NCBI GenBank assembly: GCA_963699255.1
Contig: OY969425.1
Coordinates: 1,560,001-1,592,000, forward strand
From: an uncultured bacterium
GTDB lineage: Bacteria; Margulisbacteria; WOR-1; CAVSGV01
DNA: 32,000 nt
Direction: 5' to 3'
Shown here: positions 26,938-32,000 of the stretch, piece by piece
Layout of the letters: every line of letters starts with the position of its first letter
Numbering within the stretch: position 1 is the first letter of the stretch
Position numbers and translations under genes: made by a program
Notes under the pieces: generated by a model
Database searches by the model: none
Told to the model about the DNA's origin: nothing
Seen by the model: only the letters and a program-made list of their open reading frames with translations

Positions 26938-27486
26938 ATGAAAAAAGTTTTGATCGTTCTTGTTGTGCTTATTGTTGTCATAGCGGCTGCTGTTCTTTAT
27001 TACCTTTCTTATATCGGTGCGTTCACAAATGTGGTGGTCACGGAAAAAGAAATGGGACCGCTCTATTTCGTGTATGTGCCTCACACTGGCGACTATGCGA
27101 AAGTGGGGCCGGTCATGAACGGTGTCATTAACAGGCTCGCGAGCGAATTTGATATCAAGGCGGGAAGAGGAATGGGGATATACTACAGCAACCCGAAGAC
27201 CACTAAGACGGCAGACCTGAAGAGCGATATCGGCTGCCTGCTTGAGAAATCCGACGAGTCGAAGGCCGACGCGATAATGAAGAAAATGAAGATGAAGATA
27301 ATGTTCCAGAAAAAGTATTATACGGCCGAATTCCCCATGAAGAACAACATGTCGATCATCATGGGAGTCATGAAAACCTATCCGAAGCTCAGCGAATACA
27401 TGAAGGTGAGGGGATATAAGCCTACGCCGTCGATCGAAATATACGAGAAGGATAAGATAATATACGCCTTCGAGATAAAGCAATAG
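26938..27486 (+). CDS. Membrane-anchored GyrI-like/effector-binding domain protein
   Basis: N-terminal TM MKKVLIVLVVLIVVIAAAVLYYL; GPLYFVYVPHTGDYAKVGPVMNGVINRLASEF resembles the SOUL/GyrI-like fold signature. Confidence 0.6.
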   Translation: MKKVLIVLVVLIVVIAAAVLYYLSYIGAFTNVVVTEKEMGPLYFVYVPHTGDYAKVGPVMNGVINRLASEFDIKAGRGMGIYYSNPKTTKTADLKSDIGCLLEKSDESKADAIMKKMKMKIMFQKKYYTAEFPMKNNMSIIMGVMKTYPKLSEYMKVRGYKPTPSIEIYEKDKIIYAFEIKQ

Positions 27487-27528
27487 TATCAGTTCAGGGC
27501 ATCTGATCCGGACCGGTCCGATAAAAGA

Positions 27529-27566
27529 AAAGACCAGCCGCTTAAAAAATAAGAGGACTGGTCTTT
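27529..27566. terminator. Bidirectional terminator-like hairpin between convergent genes
   Basis: AAAGACCAG (27529-27537) ... CTGGTCTTT (27558-27566). Confidence 0.65.
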
Positions 27567-27583
27567 CTAATGCCTAGAGACGA

Positions 27584-27784
27584 TTACTTCTTTGGAGCCG
27601 CAGGTACAACTGGTGCAACTACGCACTTCTGGCACTTCTGAGCAACCTTCTTAATCTTCTTCACCTTTTTTACGACGATCTTCTTTTTCGGCTGAACCGT
27701 GCCGGCCTTTACATCTGGTGTTGCGGCCATGGCCAGGGCGCTGAAGCAGAATACCGCTAAAAGCAATGCTGCTAATTTCTTCAT
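27584..27784 (-). CDS. Small exported Lys-rich protein
   Basis: Signal peptide MKKLAALLLAVFCFSALAMA; mature part PKKKIVVKKVKKIKKVAQKCQKC. Confidence 0.65.
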   Translation of the reverse strand: MKKLAALLLAVFCFSALAMAATPDVKAGTVQPKKKIVVKKVKKIKKVAQKCQKCVVAPVVPAAPKK

Positions 27785-27913
27785 GTAATTCTCACCTCCT
27801 TGTTTATATCAATTGATTTTTGTGCGGCCATCATAACAGAACACTCTTAAACAGAGATTAGAAAATTATTAGAGTTTCATTAGAATCACCTTACGTGTGT
27901 TATAATTCACACA

Positions 27914-28582
27914 GTGAAGATACTCATTATCGAGGATGAGAAGAAGATCGTCAGCTTCGTAAAGAACGGCCTGAAGAGCGAAGGATTTACGGTGGACAGC
28001 GCCAATGATGCTGAAGAGGGCTTATTCTTGGCCGGCGAATCGCACTACGATCTGATCGTGCTGGATATCATGCTGCCCGGCATGGACGGGATATCGCTCT
28101 GCAGAAAACTGCGGTCAATGGGAAAAACAATGCCTATAATCATGCTTACCGCCAAAGACGCCGTTGAAGACCGGGTTAAAGGGCTGGACGCGGGAGCCGA
28201 CGATTATCTCACAAAGCCGTTCTCCTTTGTTGAACTTCTCGCAAGGATACGCGCCCTGACGCGGAGGCACCTTACGACAAAGTCAAAAGTGCTTAAGATA
28301 GGGGATCTTGCCGTTGATGCCGAAGCTCATACGGTCACGCGCGGGAAAAAGGCGATAGAACTTTCACCGACCGAATTCAGGCTTTTGAGCTACCTTATGG
28401 AGAACCAGAACAGGGCCCTGTCTAAGTCTCTGATCCTGGAGAACATATGGGGATATGATTTCAGTCCCGAAAGCAATATCGTGGACGTATACATAAAATA
28501 TCTGCGGGATAAGATAGACAAAGGAGCCAGAAAAAGCCTGATACAGACCGTCTACGGAGTTGGATACAAGATATGCGACTGA
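27914..28582 (+). CDS. OmpR/PhoB-family response regulator
   Basis: ILIIEDEKKIVSFVKNGL, DLIVLDIMLPGMDG, DYLTKPFSFVELLARIRAL, C-term winged helix NIVDVYIKYLRDKID; GTG start. Confidence 0.95.
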   Translation: MKILIIEDEKKIVSFVKNGLKSEGFTVDSANDAEEGLFLAGESHYDLIVLDIMLPGMDGISLCRKLRSMGKTMPIIMLTAKDAVEDRVKGLDAGADDYLTKPFSFVELLARIRALTRRHLTTKSKVLKIGDLAVDAEAHTVTRGKKAIELSPTEFRLLSYLMENQNRALSKSLILENIWGYDFSPESNIVDVYIKYLRDKIDKGARKSLIQTVYGVGYKICD

Positions 28583-29781
28583 GAACTCCATGGCTGATGA
28601 TCTTCATCGCGGGGATCCTGATCTTTTCTTCCGTTACACTTTATTCTTTCGTCGAGCAAAAGCTGGAGCAATGGCTGGAGCTGCGTCTCTTGAACTGGGC
28701 GGATAACCTGCTCATAGATATCCAGCAAGCCCAGGACCGCTTTAAGGCGAACCCGTCAAATTTTATTTTTTCATCGACCGGCAATGAATTCACGTCCAGC
28801 GGGATACTTGTGCAGTTCATGGACAACGGCGGTAAGATACTGGCAAAATCGCCGAACTTAAAACGGAACTCCCTTCCTTTTGCCGCAAATGAAGATGATG
28901 TCCTGAAGGACGTTGAAATGTCGGACGGCACGAGCCTTAAAACATACCAGAGGACCATAGAATTCGACGATCGAAAGCTGGGATATCTGGTGGTCGGCAT
29001 TCCGACATCCCAGTTCCACGACGCGGTCAATAACCTGCGCGTGATCCTTGCGATAGTGATGACCTGCACGATAATAATAATGGGTTTCGGCATTAACGGG
29101 ATAATGTCTTTCGAATCGATAAGGAACCAGAGAAAATTCCTGAGCTTTGCATCCCATGAACTGCGGACCCCCATATCCGTCATATCGGGGCACGCCGAGG
29201 TTTCACTTAGAGGAAGATCAATGCCCCCTGAATGCAGGGAGGCGCTGACGACCATAAAAGAAGAAGCCGACGGGCTGAACAGGCTTGTTTCGGACCTCCT
29301 GCTGATATTCAGGACGCAATCCGGGGTCCAGAAGATAAAGAAACAGCATTTCAATCTTTCGGAACTCCTGGCCGATTGCACGTCGGACGTAAAGAAGAGG
29401 TATCCCAGGAAGAACATAACATTGAACCTTCCTCAGGACTCCCAGATAAAAGCCGACGAAGCTCAGATGAAAAAGCTGATCAATAACCTTCTGGAGAACG
29501 CCGCAAAATTCACCGCGGAGAACGGGGAGGTCAGGATCGACCTTGAATCGCAGCCGTCCGGTTTTGTCTTGAAAGTAAAGGATAACGGCATAGGGATAAA
29601 AAAAGAGCTTCAGAAGAATATTTTCAACGCTTTTTATCAGGTGGAGCAGGGAAAGAGCGGAGGCGTCGGGCTGGGGCTTGCCATTGCGAAGTGGGTGGTT
29701 GACGCGCACAAGGGCAGGATCCAGATAATGAGCGAAGAGGGGAAGGGGACCCAGTTCACGGTCAGCATTCCAAAGGCATAG
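28573..29781 (+). CDS. Sensor histidine kinase
   Basis: N-terminal TM, second TM with HAMP-like region, FLSFASHELRTPISVISGHAEV H-box, NLLENAAKF, VKDNGIGI, GVGLGLAIAKWVV. Confidence 0.95.
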   Translation: MRLRTPWLMIFIAGILIFSSVTLYSFVEQKLEQWLELRLLNWADNLLIDIQQAQDRFKANPSNFIFSSTGNEFTSSGILVQFMDNGGKILAKSPNLKRNSLPFAANEDDVLKDVEMSDGTSLKTYQRTIEFDDRKLGYLVVGIPTSQFHDAVNNLRVILAIVMTCTIIIMGFGINGIMSFESIRNQRKFLSFASHELRTPISVISGHAEVSLRGRSMPPECREALTTIKEEADGLNRLVSDLLLIFRTQSGVQKIKKQHFNLSELLADCTSDVKKRYPRKNITLNLPQDSQIKADEAQMKKLINNLLENAAKFTAENGEVRIDLESQPSGFVLKVKDNGIGIKKELQKNIFNAFYQVEQGKSGGVGLGLAIAKWVVDAHKGRIQIMSEEGKGTQFTVSIPKA

Positions 29782-29819
29782 AAAACTCAAATAATTCATG
29801 TTAAGATTGTCGGAAATAT

Positions 29820-30896
29820 ATGGGATTATTCGTTGCGGAATTCTTTTTAGCTTTGGTGTTGACCCTCATTCTTACGCCGGTCGCCAGGGTATTGGCGTTC
29901 AAACTTGGAGCCGTTGACAGGCCGTCTAAAAGGAAGATCCACAAGAACATAATACCGAGGTTTGGCGGCCTTTCCATTTTTGTCAGCTTCGTCATCGCCG
30001 TAATATTCGCCCTCGTTTTTTTAAGAACCTTCGGCATCAAATTAAGGCCGAACGAAACGCTCCCGCTTATAGGTATACTTTACGGCGGAGCCCTCATTAC
30101 CTTCCTTGGTCTTATTGATGATCTGAGCGGGATCCCCGCTCTGTGGAAACTGGCTGGACAGGTGATCGCCTCCGGCATTGCCGTTTATTTCGGAGCCCAG
30201 ATACTTTTTGTTTCCACGCCTTTTACAAGGGTCATGATGCTGGGCGTGTGGGCAGTACCTGTTACCATCGTATGGATGACCGCCATGACGAACGCGATAA
30301 ACCTTATTGACGGTCTGGATGGGCTTGCTTCCGGCATAACATTGATAGCGGGCGCAACGCTGTTCGCGGTGTCGATAAAAATGGGCCAGTATGATTCGGC
30401 CATCCTTCTTGCCGCTTTGGCCGGCACGGCGGCCGGGTTCTTGAGATATAATTTCTTCCCCGCCTCGATATTTTTGGGAGATTCCGGAAGCCTGTTCTTC
30501 GGCTTCATGCTCGCGTGCGCTTCCATCGTCGGTGTGCTGAAAAGCACCCTTGTCATCGCCCTTGTGATCCCGATAGTGGTGCTCGGCATTCCCATATACG
30601 ACACGGCTACGGCGGTAATAAGAAGGGCGATAACTGGACGCCCTATCTTTGAAGCTGACAAAAAACATCTTCATCACAGGCTCATGAAAGCGGGATTTAA
30701 CCAGAGACAGGTCGTGATCATGATCTATATAGCGTGCCTGATATTGAGCGTGGCCGCGCTCGCGGCCGCGGTCTTTGATAATTATCCCACGCTCATATTC
30801 CTGACGATATTCGTTGTGCTGGGGATCCTGGCCCTTGATTTTGCGAAAGAGATCCTCAGGAACATGGCGTTCTTTAACGGAGGCAGCAAAAAGTGA
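29820..30896 (+). CDS. Undecaprenyl-phosphate GlcNAc-1-phosphate transferase family (WecA/TagO-like)
   Basis: DRPSKRKIHKNIIPRFGGLSIF, GLIDDLSGIPALWKLAGQ, NAINLIDGLDGLASG, GDSGSLFFGFMLA. Confidence 0.92.
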   Translation: MGLFVAEFFLALVLTLILTPVARVLAFKLGAVDRPSKRKIHKNIIPRFGGLSIFVSFVIAVIFALVFLRTFGIKLRPNETLPLIGILYGGALITFLGLIDDLSGIPALWKLAGQVIASGIAVYFGAQILFVSTPFTRVMMLGVWAVPVTIVWMTAMTNAINLIDGLDGLASGITLIAGATLFAVSIKMGQYDSAILLAALAGTAAGFLRYNFFPASIFLGDSGSLFFGFMLACASIVGVLKSTLVIALVIPIVVLGIPIYDTATAVIRRAITGRPIFEADKKHLHHRLMKAGFNQRQVVIMIYIACLILSVAALAAAVFDNYPTLIFLTIFVVLGILALDFAKEILRNMAFFNGGSKK

Positions 30897-32000
30897 TGCA
30901 CAAGAAAAGGATATTATTCGTGTTCGGCACGCGGCCTGAAGCGATAAAAATGGCCCCCGTGATCTCCGAAGCAAAAAAACATCCGGACCTTTTTAATCCA
31001 GTTGTTGTCGTGACGGGGCAGCACAGGGAAATGCTTGACCAGGTATTAAAAGTATTCCATGTAAAGCCTGATTATGACCTGATGATAATGGAACACGAGC
31101 AGACGATATCTTCGGTCGTTTGCAAGTGCCTCCAGGGGCTTGAAGATGTCGTGATAAGGGAGCGCCCTGACATCATCCTTGTCCAGGGGGACACGTCCAC
31201 CACGTTCGCGTCGTCGCTTGCGGCTTTTTACCAGCACGTGCCGCTGGGACATGTTGAAGCTGGGTTAAGGACGGGAAAGAAGTATTACCCCTTTCCGGAA
31301 GAAATGAACAGGCGGCTTACGAGCGTCGTCGCCGATATACACTTTGCCCCCACACAGACGGCGGTGGGGAATTTGCTGTCGGAGGGTATCAACAAATCGG
31401 CGATCTATCTGACCGGCAACACGGTCATTGACGCGCTCCAGCAGGTCGCGAAGAAAGAATTCAACCTGAAACACGCCGGTGTAAGCGTCAGGGAAAAAGG
31501 CAAGAAACTCATCCTGGTCACGGTGCACAGGCGCGAGAGTTTCGGAGCTCCTCTTAGGAACATCTGCGAAGCGATCCGGAAGATAGCGATAAAGCACAGG
31601 GAGATAGCCACGGTGATACTGCCGGTGCACAAAAACCCGATGGTTTCGGGCACCGTACATGACATATTGGGTAACGCCGCCAATGTGCAGCTGATAGATC
31701 CGCTTGATTACGAGCCTTTCGTTCATCTGATGAAGATATCACACCTTATTTTGACCGATTCGGGCGGGATACAGGAAGAAGCCCCCTCCCTTGGGAAGCC
31801 CGTTCTTGTGCTGCGCGAGGAGACGGAACGTCCCGAAGCCGTCATGGCCAATACGGTTAAAGTGGTAGGGACGAACACGGATAACATAGTGAGCGAAGTC
31901 GAGAAGCTGTTGTCCGGCGGCGATGAATATCAGAAAATGTCAAAAGCTGTGAACCCTTACGGGGACGGCAATGCTTCCAAGCGAATTATTTCCGCGCTGC
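30896..32000 (+). CDS. wecB: UDP-N-acetylglucosamine 2-epimerase (non-hydrolysing), 3'-truncated by window edge
   Basis: MHKKRILFVFGTRPEAIKMAPVISEAKK, VVTGQHREM, VQGDTSTTFA, HVEAGLRTG, LTDSGGIQEEAPSLGKP; manual translation, ORF open to window end. Confidence 0.93.
   Translation, partial: MHKKRILFVFGTRPEAIKMAPVISEAKKHPDLFNPVVVVTGQHREMLDQVLKVFHVKPDYDLMIMEHEQTISSVVCKCLQGLEDVVIRERPDIILVQGDTSTTFASSLAAFYQHVPLGHVEAGLRTGKKYYPFPEEMNRRLTSVVADIHFAPTQTAVGNLLSEGINKSAIYLTGNTVIDALQQVAKKEFNLKHAGVSVREKGKKLILVTVHRRESFGAPLRNICEAIRKIAIKHREIATVILPVHKNPMVSGTVHDILGNAANVQLIDPLDYEPFVHLMKISHLILTDSGGIQEEAPSLGKPVLVLREETERPEAVMANTVKVVGTNTDNIVSEVEKLLSGGDEYQKMSKAVNPYGDGNASKRIISAL

Noticed and set aside
27509-27520. 12-bp palindrome CGGACCGGTCCG after the 26938 CDS
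   Set aside because: Short, GC-rich and adjacent to a better terminator-like hairpin; no independent support for a function.
28641-29417. 258-aa ORF antisense to the histidine kinase
   Set aside because: Ser-rich shadow ORF opposite canonical kinase motifs.
30042-30974. 310-aa antisense ORF opposite the WecA-like gene
   Set aside because: Fully antisense to a clear membrane glycosyltransferase and rich in His/Arg/Tyr, as expected of a shadow ORF.

Overview
The 32 kb window is a mid-GC bacterial chromosome segment, probably from a deep-branching or candidate-phylum lineage (inference only). It carries mostly housekeeping genes: miaB (partial), prs, hom, marC-like, tRNA-Met, pyruvoyl-dependent arginine decarboxylase, tilS, folP, folK, tsaE, tsaB, a frameshifted trpC, carA, a half-length carB, nadE, a two-component system, a wecA/tagO-like gene and wecB (partial). 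The main accessory region is an AT-rich block of about 6.1 kb (about 20614-26700). It encodes an XRE regulator, a small membrane protein, an exported TPR protein, a MerR-like protein, two small ORFs and a large serine recombinase whose 3' end runs into a tRNA-Glu gene. A 9-bp direct repeat TAGCCCTAA (20614-20622 and 26692-26700) coincides with both edges, so I propose it as the attachment-site duplication of a compact integrated element. Other points of interest: a GTATAATT triplet at the MerR-like gene promoter, a Shine-Dalgarno-sequestering hairpin ending exactly at an ATG, 11-bp tandem duplications in element leaders, a 19-bp dyad inside divergent overlapping promoters, a duplicated tRNA-Met 3' end, a CarB ending at the half-protein junction, a TrpC frameshift, an H1-like basic tail on FolK, several TATAAT boxes 6-7 nt from start codons, and recurring intergenic repeat families. 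No CRISPR array or recognisable defence system was seen.
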